DNA of 53,886 bases, counting the filler, from Sluysia triapertura (Eukaryota): the NCBI GenBank assembly GCA_046118255.1. It is 4 parts of 4 records of this genome, joined end to end, with 100 filler letters (N's around TTAATTAATTAA, not from the genome) between each part and the next. Parts side by side here need not be neighbours in the genome. Positions count along the whole stretch, not along the records: positions 1 to 11,041 come from JBJNIA010189720.1; positions 11,142 to 23,279 come from JBJNIA010135288.1; 2 more parts are not named here. One strand, 5' to 3'. Below the pieces are notes generated by a model. The model did not search any database. It saw nothing but the letters and a program-made list of their open reading frames with translations, and was not told the DNA's origin. Position numbers and translations under genes: made by a program. Shown here one piece after another: positions 1-12,585 of this stretch; the first letter of the stretch is position 1, and every line of letters starts with the position of its first letter.

Positions 1-71
1 GAAATATTATGTTGAATGATTTAATTTAAGCGCTGTTGAGTACTTACGCAGTAGCTATGAGTGAAATATAA

Positions 72-124
<53 letters not shown>
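72..124. repeat. (ATT)n microsatellite
   Basis: Direct reading. Confidence 0.95.
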
Positions 125-1134
125 CATGCGACATAATAATTATAAGAAAGGTGTAATGAAAATAATAAATTTCGCAAAAATATATTACCCAATTATTCAG
201 ACTAAATCAATTATGTTTAGAATTTTTCAAAATAAAATGTTAAAATAATTATAATTTTTATTATATTTTTCTGTGAACCCACAATGTTTTATTCTCTATT
301 TCACATTACTTTCCATCATTTAACTCTACGTTTTGTATTTGTTCATCTTAAGTTTTCAATGGTCATTTTAAATCTACCAATAATTCTTTACTCAAAATAT
401 AATTTTGTATTTTTCCGCGGGTATATTCTAGTTTGTTTTACGTCTGCATAAAAATCTTATACTTCAAAAAACAAGAATATTAACATTTAATTGATTTCAA
501 TAACTTTAATTTAAAATATTCGGCCTCTTTTAATAAATACCCGTAATTTAAAGTAATAAGTTTTATAAAAATGCTTGTAAGTTATAATAATTTGAAATAA
601 GAAATTAAAAAAATTCAAAGTAAATATATTAAGCAGAATTTGCAACTTAAAAATCCAAATAAGTTTTTATTAGTAAAAAGGTATAGTAAGCTCAATCACA
701 GCAAATTTACCGAAATTATTTTAAATTTGAGCCAGAAATTTATTTATGAAAATTATTTTTATTTGTAATTTTGTAAGTACATTTTGTTTCAAAAATTATA
801 TTTTTGTAATTTATAATAAATTAATTCACAAATATTTTTATACATATTATTTGAAATTTGTTCTTATACTTATATAAAAATAAATATATTTGTTTTACTT
901 ATTCAATAATTACAAAATTCTATTATTAAACTTTGAAATATAACTTAAGAGCTGAAATTTTTTAAAATATATTGCATTTTTTTATTTCTGTAAAAGCTAA
1001 TAATAATATTATTAATACAATTATAATTATAGGATTATTTTATAAATTATTTCATGTACTAATTTAAAATACATTAGAAATAATTAAAACATTAATTTAG
1101 TTTTGTTGTAGACAGGCATTTATTCTTTTATTAA

Positions 1135-4100
1135 ATGTATTCTTGCGTCTTAAAATGTCGCAGGTATTTTATAATTTTAATAATAATATATTTTTTTAGA
1201 TATAAAATATTGCTTTTAACTAATGTTCGTAAGTTTGAATACAAAGCTGTAAATGAAAAAGTTTTAAGTTACAAAACCGGTAGTGATGAAAGAATTAAGT
1301 TAGAAAAGACATTATCAGATTTAACAAATAAAGTGACTGAAGTGCCCATTTGTATTGGCAATGAGGAATTAAAATCAGATAAAGTTTTATATCAATATTT
1401 TGTAAAATTTTTATTTTATATATATATTGTATTTAGCCTTTTGATCATTCGAAACAGTTATCAAAATTTTATTATGCTGATGAAAATATGATAAAGAAAG
1501 CTATTAATGTTGCTATAGAAGCTCGTCAAAAATGGGAATTTCTGAGCTTAAGTGAACGAGCAAAAATATTTTTTCGGGCAGCAGATTTAATTAGTACTAA
1601 ATATCGATATGAAATTGTAGCTGCTACAATTTTAGGACAAGGTAAGACTATATATCAAGCAGAAGTAGATGCAGCTGCTGAGTTGATTGATTTTTTACGT
1701 TTCAATATTCAGGCAGCCGTGGTAATTTATAATTTAGTATTTGTTATATTTATGCTTAAATATTTTGTATTGATAAAATAAAAAATTATATTAAATCTTT
1801 ATTACAAAATTTATATTTAGATAAAAATATTGTGTAAAGATACGAACAAAGTAAAACATTTGATGTTCTAACTTCGTAAAGCATTAACAAAGTTTAAAAA
1901 TATTGTGTGCATTGTAATGTTACTTAAAACAAAGTATATTATAATCAAAGTTCATGTCTCTATTTAAAACATTTTCATTGGTATATAATATAATAATACA
2001 ATTTTCTATAAAACATAAGTAATGTAATATTTATATTATGTAGTTAAAATGTCACAATTTTTACCATGGAAGACTATTTAATTAAAAGTTATTTTTTTAA
2101 ATTATTGAATCACTGAGAAAGTCGGAACGATTTGCAACAGATACCATAATTTATAATTTAAATCCTTTTAACAAGAATGAGACATTCTTTCTCATGATGA
2201 TTAATGATTAAGTGCTTAAATAATTAAAATATGTTACATAACAAGTCAGGAAACAGTATATGCAGGAAGTAATATTCCATTACTTTCTTCATAGAAGAAA
2301 AGTACTGATAATTATAGATCTTAATGAACGTTTAAAATGATTCTATTTAGGAACGAAATTGTAGAGAACTGTCTCAATTGTTATTAGTATTAGTAAAGTT
2401 TAATATCATGGGTGAAAATATTTGTCTTCTAAGAATTGAGTGAAACAAATAGTAATTACATTGAGCAATATTCGGACTATTAAGTTATGTCAATAGACTC
2501 TGAGTGACCTTTGATTTATGTGGTCTTTCATTGTCACGTAGCAAAATTGTTCCTTTTCCATTAATCAATGCTGACCGAACTTATAACAGTTTCTGTCATA
2601 AGCGATGCATTTGCTAACAATAGATATTTCACCAATTTTTAATAATTCACAATGTATGACTTCAGTTATACAAACAGAGGAGCTTTTTTACATATAAGCC
2701 ACTTTGATAAGCTGTTAACCTACAGAAATCTATCATTCACAGAAATTTCTTTGATGTCACACATTATGCAGAAGTAAAACGTTTCATTTTAGTAGTTTTA
2801 AATAATTTGAAATAGTTGTGTGATTGTTTCCAAGAATCATGGTTATTTTTCTACCTGAAGGTCTTAGTTTGGATTCAACTAGTGTGTCCGGAGCATCATT
2901 TTCTAGTTCTTAAGGTCATGTCATCCAGATCTAGATTTATTATGTAAGTTATCCTATCTAATTTTATGAAACACCTTTTCAATTGTTCCAAGGCTTATAG
3001 AATCTGGATAAGTTTTTAAATTATATAAAGAGGCTGCGATGTTGAATATGAATCTCAGCATAAAACATCTAAAAGTAATGAATAAAATAAATTTAGCGTT
3101 GAAATTTAAATCTATATAATTTTAATAATTATGAATATTTAAACAATATTTTATTACATCGGAGCTTTTTAGTTTTTAAATGGGTAGAGAAATTTTCCGC
3201 AAACAATTTTTTTCAATACGATATTCGAATTTTGATAAAGTTTCAATTGTTACGTACAATGGTGCATAGTAATGATTCCAGAAATATATTCGAGATTTTA
3301 TTAATAAAAAAATTATTCAGGATATTTCGAAATATAAGCCGGTTACCACAGAAGGAGCTGCGAATGCTTTGAGATGGCGTGGACTTGAAGTAAGTTTTTA
3401 AATTTATATTTTAAATATACTAATACTTATAATAGCGCAATAAATTATTTAAGACTTTTTACTTTAATATTTGACATCTTGGCTTATCGGCTGCACAAAA
3501 TTATCAAACTGTATGAGAATCGTTATATTTTATAACTACTCAGTTATGACAATCGTTTAGCATTAAAATTACGTTAGATAACATTTTTGTGTCGATTTTA
3601 TCTCAATCGGTTTACAATCAGTCTATAATGTAGAGATTAGTTTCTCATAGTAGAGATGGAAGTGCAAGTCTTAATAATTAAATTAATTTGAAGCTTCAAA
3701 TTTATGCACTCAAAATAAATCAAACACTCAATTCACTAAGGCGTATTTTTAAAAATACAATTCACTGCACATAAAATGCAATAGCACTTTTGCGTTTATA
3801 CATTATGCGATTTAAATATGTGACGAAAAGTAATAATAAATAATTTAACGAAATAATAATTTTATTAATATAAGTGGAAAATCTTACCGGACGAAATACT
3901 TTTCAATAATTTTTTTATAGTCAAGTTCTCCCTATGGTTAATTTTTATTGCATGGTCAATTTCTTTCTGCAGTTAAATGATTTTTTATGATCATGGCCAC
4001 TTTCGTCTATATATTGTTTAAAATTGGTTTGGTCATATTATACTTTGTATATTTCTTCGTGTTCATGTTTTTATGGTTATATGTTCATTTGTATTTATTT

Positions 4101-5827
4101 TTGCTTACTATTATTCATCTTTTTCATTTATATTGAACGTTTCTTCCTATGGTGCTTTCGTTTAATCAGTAACTTAATCTATTTGTTAATTGACTTCCTG
4201 CCAATATTATTAACATTTGGTTTTTTATTTATCATTTAACTTAAGTTTTTGAGTTTCTTTTATCCTTTATGCTGTTATAAATTTATTTTAAATTACAAAT
4301 GTTTTGAATTTTTTAAACTCATTGATTTAAAGCTAATTAAATCAATTGTCAATTCGAAAAATGGATGATAATCTGAATTTGAGTTTGAACCTATATGCAC
4401 TTTTGGACTTTGTATTGATTTGTCTTTTCGCTAATCGCCTTTCTTACAAAATCTAAATTTTTCTTAAGATTATTATTCTGTGCAGTATAACAAGATTGAC
4501 AAGATAAGAATTCTATGTAATTACATTTCATTTCAAAGTTTATGCTTAATGTAAAACCTACTTTGTGTATGATATCTTCTAAATTTGCTCAATACAATCT
4601 TTAACGAATTTTAATGATTCGTTAATTTAGTAGCACATTAGTAGCATATTTAAATTAACACTAAATGGTTTGGCATTCGTTTGATTAATCATATTTAACA
4701 AAATGTTCATGACAATTTTAAATTTGGTTAACTATAAAGCCTGATAAAACATATGTTTCAAAAATTAAAAACAAAATTAAAAAATAAACTATAAACTTAA
4801 TTTTGTAACATTTGTATTGAAGAAATAGTCTAACAATAATAATTTCACCGTCTAATTTAGATATCATAAATTTTCTAGATCTAAACACTTATTTTAATTT
4901 ATTTCAAACGTTCAGATGTTTTGACATAACTTTTTCCTAACGTATTAATTATAAATCTTACTAAATTTTGTACAAATGGTGTTTTAAATCGAAGTTAATT
5001 TGTAAAACATTTACCGCTCGAGTTATCAGCACAGTTTAACAATTTATTTTTATTAAACAATTATTAATTTGACACTTTTTAGCTTATACAATGCTTCAAC
5101 ATAATCATCTTAAAAAATCTTGTAATTTTATCCAATTCATGCATATTTTGTCTCAATTTACAATCTACTATTGTCAAATATAGTTGCGAAGGAATATAAC
5201 ATTAATGACACTAAAGTAATGGTTTATGACACAAAAAACTAAAGTTGGGTTTCAGATTTTAAGATTAGTTTTTACCAAAAATAATTTTATTTACAATTTC
5301 ATCTCAAAAAGAATAAATAAGATCAAAGTTAATTTATGTATCTGTATGATATATTAAAACATAATAAAGTAGAAAAACTTAAATATTATAATTTCTGAAT
5401 TAATTTTACATGTACATAAATACGTAATTAATAAAATATCTCTGAATTTGTTTTAGAAATTTGTTATAGATTGCCTTATTTTATAACAGGGATTTTGGGC
5501 AGCAATATCTCCTTTTAATTTTACTGCAATTGGTGGTAATTTAGCAACAGCACCAGCGATAATGGGAAATACTGTATTATGGAAACCGACAGAGACATCA
5601 ATGTTATCGAATTATGTGATTTACAAGTTAGTTTCATTAAAAGTAAATAATTTTTTATTTTACGTTTTTAATACTTGTTTAATCCTGAAATTATATTATA
5701 GAATTCTGCGTGAAAGTGGACTTCCGGATGGTGTTATCAATTTTGTACCAAGCGATGGTCCAACTTTTGGAAATATTGTATGTAATCATTCAAACTTGGC
5801 CGGAATCAATTTCACTGGCAGTGTCAA
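1135..5827 (+). CDS. ALDH4A1: Delta-1-pyrroline-5-carboxylate dehydrogenase, mitochondrial (5' partial gene; exons 1135-1163, 1200-1401, 1437-1721, 3321-3389, 5490-5626, 5702-5827)
   Basis: Exons joined at GT..AG sites give one open frame: MYSCVLKCRRYKILLLTNVRKFEYKAVNEKVLSY...PFDHSKQLSKFYYAD...LGQGKTIYQAEVDAAAELIDFLRFN...WRGLE/GFWAAISPFNFTAIGGNLATAPAIMGNTVLWKP...GLPDGVINFVP...LAGINFTGSV. These are hallmark ALDH4A1/PUT2 motifs, with a basic, acid-free N-terminus resembling a mitochondrial presequence. The C-terminal half was not found. Confidence 0.95.
1200..1401 (+). CDS. ALDH4A1: ALDH4A1 exon 2
   Basis: Bounded by tttag|A and TTT|gtaaaa; encodes KAVNEKVLSYKTGSDER...VPICIGNEE, matching the ALDH4A1 N-terminal region. 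Confidence 0.9.
1437..1721 (+). CDS. ALDH4A1: ALDH4A1 exon 3
   Basis: Follows a 35-nt intron (1402-1436); PFDH...GQGKTIYQAEVDAAAELIDFLRFN; ends GTG|gtaatt. Confidence 0.95.
2330..3060 (-). mobile_element. Degenerate mariner (DD34D-type) transposase relic inside ALDH4A1 intron 3
   Basis: Minus-strand fragments in mariner order: DSISLGTIEKVF..KSRSG (HTH/RSGRP), ENDAPDTLVES, ILLRDNERPHKSKVTQ (~2505-2550; cf. LLHDNARPH) and SPNIAQCNYYLFHS (~2438-2480; cf. YSPDLAPSDYHLF). Many stops and frameshifts; boundaries approximate. Confidence 0.75.
3321..3389 (+). CDS. ALDH4A1: ALDH4A1 exon 4 (absent from the ORF track)
   Basis: ttcag|GAT...GAA|gtaagt; DISKYKPVTTEGAANALRWRGLE (conserved RGLE). Confidence 0.9.
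5490..5827 (+). CDS. ALDH4A1: ALDH4A1 exons 5-6 (75-nt intron 5627-5701)
   Basis: acag|GGA TTT TGG...; GFWAAISPFNFTAIGGNL, VLWKP, GLPDGVINFV, NFTGS (NAD-binding fold); ends GTC AA|gtatat. Confidence 0.93.
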
Positions 5828-6284
5828 GTATATTATTAATTACATTCACTTTTAATAGAAGTAAAAACATTGTTAGCATGAATTTTAATTTAGAGTATTA
5901 ATTTTTATTTCAATATTATAAAATAATTCTTCTAACAAGCACTTCGAGATACTGAACTTCTTTGAAAATATATTTTTGGATTTTGTCTACACAAACGTCT
6001 TTATTCTGATATTATTAGAATTACTTTTGTGTTCTATATTTAGCTTATAATGTTAAATGTCTATCAATTTTCGGATACTTTTTAATTATATATCCGGAAA
6101 ACCAAAAATGTCAGGAAGAAAACCGTAATTAATCAAAATGTAAGCTATTTTTCAATTTAGATTTATATGATGGTAGTGATGTGGGCTTGTGCCATTTATA
6201 ATGTAAGGGAAGTTAGTCCATTTACATTGTAGTGCATTTCTTACGAAGTTACGTTTAATTACAGCACAATCTCAATACAGATAA

Positions 6285-6756
6285 GGTAAAATATGTGCCG
6301 ATGATTCTTCAAAAAAGAAAAATAAATGCGGAAGAAAACGAAAAGATTATTTTGACAATCTAGCTCAAATAAAGAATACACCATTAAATCATCGAAGAAC
6401 GATTCCAAAATCAACTTTGTTTGATATATTTAAGCAGCGAACTTGTTTTAAGCGGATATCTTTTACAGTTAAACCTACTTTAACGGATAAAAATAAATTG
6501 AAAATATTACAGTTTTGCTTGTAGAAGAAATTCTTATAAAATTCCTCACATAAACAAGATAAAACTTCGTCGCGAGGGTCGATTAGCTGAAAAATATTTA
6601 TGTTCCGAAGAGGCATACAATAGAGCCAAATCTTATTTTTATTAAATTTGTATTATAATAAAATTATTTGTATAATTTTTATGTTAAATTTTCATTTTTA
6701 TTTTTTCGCAATTAAAAATCACAAAATGTCTACCATACTTACGAACAGAAGGAGTA
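6285..6756 (+). mobile_element. DD39D/plant-type mariner transposase fragment with right TIR
   Basis: Frame 6285-6524 reads KICADDSSKKKNKCGRKRK...IKNTPLNHRRTIPKSTLF...FKRISFTVKPTLTDKNKLKILQFCL*. This resembles the CGRKR / IPKSTL / KPxLTxxNKxxRLxFCL motifs of plant/oomycete mariners. GAACAGAAGGAG-TA at 6743-6756 resembles the reverse complement of a TA-CTCCCTCCGT-type TIR. Confidence 0.7.
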
Positions 6757-7092
6757 TCATTTATTATTCTGATGCATTATTGTATTATTATTGTACTGTG
6801 TCCTTTTTTTACGTTTTGATTTCTTCACTTAAAATGTCAAAAATGTATTGTTTAAAAAATAATTACCTTGGTTTGCAACATCAAGCAGGAAGTGATGAGT
6901 TGAGATGAGTCTGATTTGATTTTATATTATCGTTAGTATAAAAAAATAAGAAAAAGTGAATAACAATATCATCAAAGTAATCAATAGTTATATCCATTTT
7001 TTCTTCTTCATTAAAAACTCCGTACAATTAAAATTACTTTTAACACATGTTATACCAATAATATCAAACCAAGTTTAGCCGCTTAATTTTAC

Positions 7093-7222
7093 CTCATAAT
7101 CTGAGTATTTTTCAATTTTGATAACTTTTATTTTTCTTCTTCCAACATTAGCTTGATAGAAATGAATGTGATCAGTTGAGACAATGGTTTCCTGCATCAT
7201 ACTTTCCATTTTTCTCAATACA
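7093..7222 (-). CDS. Possible internal exon of an unidentified minus-strand gene
   Basis: Minus strand ttttcttag|...GAG|gtaaa, open frame VLRKMESMMQETIVSTDHIHFYQANVGRRKIKVIKIEKYSDYE; no homology recognised. Confidence 0.2.
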
Positions 7223-10200
7223 CTAAGAAAAAAACGAAAAGTAAAAAGGATATTAACGTAAAATAAATGCTCAAAATAATCAGTATTTTTAGTATCATTA
7301 ACACGGTTTTCTTAAGTATTATTCACAAGATAATTACATGAAAACAAACTTAAATTGGACTCAAATTTAAACGTAAATATAGTCACAAGCAAACAACACA
7401 AATTAACACATCTTACATTAACAACTACAACATATCAAATCACCAAACACAACATGTAGATTACAAGCGCTGTTCTTATAATATCATATTTTGTTAAATT
7501 TTACCTATTGTTATTACTCTTATTATTGTTATTACTCTTACATTTGTCATTGATATTATTATTATTGTTACTTATTTTGCTTATTGTTGTTACTATTACA
7601 ATTGTCAATATTATTGAGTTCATATATATGTATTTATTGTAGATTAATTCAATGATTCATAAAAGTTGTGTGATAATAATTAGTGCTAGAAGTTTCATAA
7701 CTTATAAATAACATATACAATATCATGTTGATTACTATTGAAACAGAAATTATCATTGGTGTTAAAAGAGATACGACAACCAATGCCGTTCTTTTATCAA
7801 GAAAAAAGCAAAAGATATGGCTGAAAGTTTGAATGTGTCTGCTGCAATTGGTGCTACATATTTAGCAACCGAATAGGCTAATAGTGAGGTTAAATTACCT
7901 TATACGTACAAGGAAAATTCGACTTTATTTTTTATACATAATTTAATGTCTTAAAATTAATTTTTTTAAAAAAATGTGCAAAAATGATGAAGGTCTGTGT
8001 AATTAATTTTTTTAGTTTAATATTTTATGTACATTTCAAGTTTTTTGTGGTCAAGTATTATATTTATTGGAGTTTTATTTATACGAATGATAATTAAATC
8101 TGTTTTACAAGGATAAATTATCTTTTACAGTCTTTTAATGCATTCAATGCATTCATATTGTGTTTAATTTTATGCTTGATATGTATACTTCCTTGCAACT
8201 AAAAAAATTATTAAATAAAAATCCAAGTATTACCAAATCTACGGTTCTGCGGCAATCGTAATGACATAAATATTGACAAAAGTGAATTTGCTAAGAAATC
8301 TGAAATGAAACTACCAATATTTTGCTTGGTTTTGCCTGTTACAGTACATTTTAGTTTGGAGTTACAATTGCGATGCCTTATAAATGCAGTATTGTCGCTG
8401 AAGATTTACCACCATACAATTTCCGTATTAATGATAGTCAAATGTCAAGTAGTGATTCACCTAATGTTTTTAGATGTAAAACAATTTGTAAAACTTTGTT
8501 TAACTTCTTTTATTTAGATCATATTCTCTACAGAACTTATTTTGGTATTGATGATTTATTTGCTAAATTTTGGCGTTATAAAATTGGTTTGTACAGTCGC
8601 GTATCAGATGCGAATTCAATAATGGCGAAAGATACTATTCTTAAGCGTCCTTTGGCGTGTTCTGACAGAATATATATTTCAATAAAAAATCGCGTGTGAG
8701 ATAAATCAGGTTATTTTAGGTTTCACTGTTGTAAAAATGTTTTTGTTTCAAAACAGGAGAAAAATTAATTATTTGTTCATCACAATTATGCAATCATAAA
8801 TTCAAAGTAGTGTATCATACAAAAAGTTCGAAGACCATGTGTCATATATTTCCTTGTCAAAATTTACAGATCACAAAAGATGGTTTAGTCTTGCCTTATC
8901 AACAAAAATATTTGAGTTGATTAAAATATTACCATATTGAGTATCTACTAAACGCATGCAAAATAAAGTGGTTATACACCTATTAGATTTTATAATGTAC
9001 TGTTGATACCATTAAGTGTTGTATTATTGGCGAAAATGATATATATCAAAATATGATTCGAAAGTTTTATTTATCGAGGTCGAAAAACGACGTCAAAGTG
9101 GTCAATGTAACGAGAAAATTCAAAACACCAACTATTACATCTAATGACGTTCGGGATAAGTTTAAGTGTTTAGTTGATAAATTCGCTATAATTTTAACAC
9201 TTACGTTTTTAAAAACAATATTATGAAATATAGCGTTAAGGTTCGTTTTAACTCTAAAATGTTTATTCAAATAATACATTGATTATCATTATCATTTAAA
9301 TTATGAAAACTTAAATTATTAAGAAACCGCTTAAGGCCTTTTATTAAAAGATAACATTCAAAACAAAACTCAAAAGAATTCTAAATTAAATTTAAAACAA
9401 ATAATACTAGTTCAGTCTCTTTAACACATAAATCTTTTAATTTCTTTTCAAGTCATGTAACCTTGCTTCTTTCATCCATCTCGACATTTGAAACTCGCAG
9501 GGTAAATCTTATTCTAAAATACAAAAAAAACGTGTAACCTAAGACTTTTAATTCGTTTATTGAATTTTGTCAAATTCCAAAACAATGCAAAGCTGGACGT
9601 TCGTGCGCTTTTGGTTTAAAAAATTTCAAATTGTTATAAATTCTGCATTCAATTAAAGTACTCTCATGATAACGAAACATCACCCAGTTCTCGTTTCATT
9701 ATCAAGACGACGTTGTCCAAATTTTCTCGAAAACGGAATCCTTGAAAAAAATCCTTGCTATCATCAAGAGATTCACGATAAACATTTATTTGGTCCATTT
9801 TCAAAGCTGTAGAACTCAAATACAACGCATTAACAGTTGATTCAAGATTGAAATAACAACGGTTGCTTTTAACTGAAAATTGTTAATTTTTCTAACTCTT
9901 ATCGATATGGTATCTTTCTTTTTTAGAATTATTTACATTTTTGACTCTATCTTATATTAAAACAAATTCCTTTTTCTTTATTTGAAAATTTTTTATTTTT
10001 AANNNNNNNNNNNNNNNNNNNNNNNNNNNNNNNNNNNNNNNNNNNNNNNNNNNNNNNNNNNNNNNNNNNNNNNNNNNNNNNNNNNNNNNNNNNNNNNNNN
10101 NNNNNNNNNNNNNNNNNNNNNNNNNNNNNNNNNNNNNNNNNNNNNNNNNNNNNNNNNNNNNNNNNNNAATATTTAAACAAAAAATTTTAAAATTCTTTAA

Positions 10201-10378
10201 AAATTTTTCTTTTTTAACATTTTAAACTGAAAAAAAACTTTCTCGGAGATGAATGGAAGCATAAAAAATGAAATATAAAAATGATAAAGTAAAGTAAACG
10301 GTAACATATATAATAATAATGACAGAAACAATAACAATAATGATAAAAAAGTCTAAAGCTGAACTAAAACTATATAAA

Positions 10379-10420
10379 TTAACCCTTTTAAGTACATTTG
10401 ACGAGTGAGACTCGTCATCG
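10379..10420 (+). mobile_element. piggyBac-like terminus with GACGAG-N5-CTCGTC palindrome; related copy inverted at ~29563-29590
   Basis: TTAA CCCTTTTAAGTACATTTGACGAGTGAGACTCGTCATC; the reverse complement of 29563-29590 gives TACATTTGACGAGGGAGACTCGTCATC. Confidence 0.5.
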
Positions 10421-10479
10421 ATATTGTGTTGGTCAACCTATCACTTTAATAATTTTATTCCATTAAGACACAATTAAAT

Positions 10480-10860
10480 CATCCTTAATAACATTCACAA
10501 TTGCTATTATCATCAAACAAAATTTCATAACAAAATTTTCCTCGTCATTGAAAATCACCAATCATATACTTAAAAATCAAATTAAAACATTTTAAAATTA
10601 AATCAACATATTGCATATAAAACCATATTGCATTTAAACCACAATGATATTCAAAACCATCAATGTATATGTAAACGTCAATTGAAACATTTTACGCATT
10701 ATCTTAAAACATTATAATCACAATTACACCGTTAAACTTTATTGAAAATGCGTGGACATTAATTCGTAATATCATAAGTTCACAATATCCAAACATTTAA
10801 TCTCTTAGACATTTGAACACATTAAGTTCAAGAATTTCAAATATGTCAAGAAATAAAAGA
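10480..10860 (+). mobile_element. Degenerate Tc1-like transposase relic
   Basis: PLNFIENAWTLIRNII at 10729-10776 resembles the Tc1 SPDLNPIENxW catalytic-E motif; flanks are heavily decayed. Confidence 0.45.
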
Positions 10861-11041
10861 AATAACAGACAGATCGTGTAAATTCAAAGTAAAAGCATTC
10901 ATGTTTTTGTTTTTAAATCTAGGTATCTTTTTGTACTTTATTATAATTACGATCGATTCTACATAATTAAATGTATAAATGTATATATTATTGAAAAGTA
11001 ATTAACATTTTCATAATTGGAATCGTAAATTTCTAGAAATC

Positions 11042-11141
11042 NNNNNNNNNNNNNNNNNNNNNNNNNNNNNNNNNNNNNNNNNNNNTTAATTAATTAANNN
11101 NNNNNNNNNNNNNNNNNNNNNNNNNNNNNNNNNNNNNNNNN
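11042..11141. other. Assembly gap with artificial TTAATTAATTAA spacer (also 23280-23379 and 36842-36941)
   Basis: Three identical 100-nt N blocks, each with the same central 12-mer that has stops in all six frames. Confidence 0.95.
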
Positions 11142-12585
11142 CTCATCTGCTACTTCTCATCAATTTTTCCTTCATTTATAATTCTATATATATTCTTTAC
11201 TCGTCTCTTAATCTAAAGTTGGGCAATCCCAACACTATTATTAATGATGTATTATCCAATCAGTTGTCAATCCAAGTGGAAAGTATCGTGTGAAAATATA
11301 TCTCCTTTCTCTTAATACATCTTTATCACGAACTGAAAATTCGCGGAAGAAACATCTGAAACATGCAGTGAAAGTAGGAAATCACTTAAATTCAAAGAAA
11401 CTGTTGCAGGGGTTTTGATTGGTTTATGGATTGCGAATGAAATATTATAAAGCATTTCGAAAGTCATGGACTTCTGATCTCACTGCAACGATTGTTTTCA
11501 TAGAAGATTCGATTAAGGACTTTAGAGAATTCAAAATGAAATTTAATACATTTTTATAGAAGTATTATTTATTTTTTCAAATATGCTCATTTCCTCACAA
11601 ATCACTACAAATTCTACGAATCACTACGAATTTTCAAGAAATTCGTGATAAAACATTATTATTTTCGTATTGCAAATATTTGTGTCTTTATTTAATGAAC
11701 ATTTTCGTAAATAATTTGTATTTGGTAAAATAAATAATACTAAATATTGTAAATATCTTAAATATAAATTAAAGAATTAATAAATAAAATTTATTATTAC
11801 ATTTTTATGTCAAATCATCGTATTAAGAAATCATTAAAAATTTTATTTCGTATTTTCTTCTTTCACGGCTCCATGGAGTATATGAAAGACATTTAAAACT
11901 ATTAAACTTTCGCACAAAAATATATTCAAAGATTCACAACAGAATGGTCAAATTTGGTTCACAACAACAACAAATAAAGACTTACAATGATCTCGCTAAA
12001 TCGAATTGAACGTGATATCATTAATCGTCAAAGGAAAAAAGTATCCAAAACTAAATTTATTCAACTGACATAATTCAATTATTTCAACACGAGCTTTTCC
12101 ATGAAGTCGTAGGATCATTTATTTTTAAGTTTTTAATCCTATAATTATTTATAGGATTAAATTAGGATCAATTTACTACTTAAAATCTTTAATTATTGTA
12201 TCCAAGAATTATTAAAGAATTAATTTTTAATTAAAATTTCAAATTTCATAAAATTAAGAGCAATCTTAATATTTAATACTTATCGGTATTATTATTACTG
12301 TCGTTTTGTTGATTTATTTTGGTATGTTTTGTAATAAATATTCAGTATTTCGTGGGTTATTTATAAAACTTGTGTGAAAAACGGTTAGTGATAAGAACAT
12401 TGTTTAAGAAAAGAAATTTCATTTTAAAAATAACTTAATAGAGATAAGCTAAGTGTTTTATTTTAAATGAATTTTGGTACTTGATTGTATCGAATATTAC
12501 AAGTGATCAAACGAAATCCTAACGTTTTTTTCTAATGTTAATTTTTTATTTATTAATAAAAGAAAAAGACCCTCACTAAGAATAA

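Noticed and set aside
4024-4239. Hydrophobic short ORFs (also 6648-6908, 24107-24469, 32569-32784)
   Set aside because: F/I/L/Y-rich translations expected from T-rich non-coding DNA; no motifs or splice support
5859-5901. Seventh ALDH4A1 exon after a 31-nt intron
   Set aside because: Translation (KSKNIVSMNFNLEY*) has no similarity to the conserved continuation of ALDH4A1
8305-8699. Overlapping ORFs 8305-8517 and 8373-8699; also 13532-13949
   Set aside because: Possibly decayed coding sequence, but no recognisable motif or exon structure to support a call
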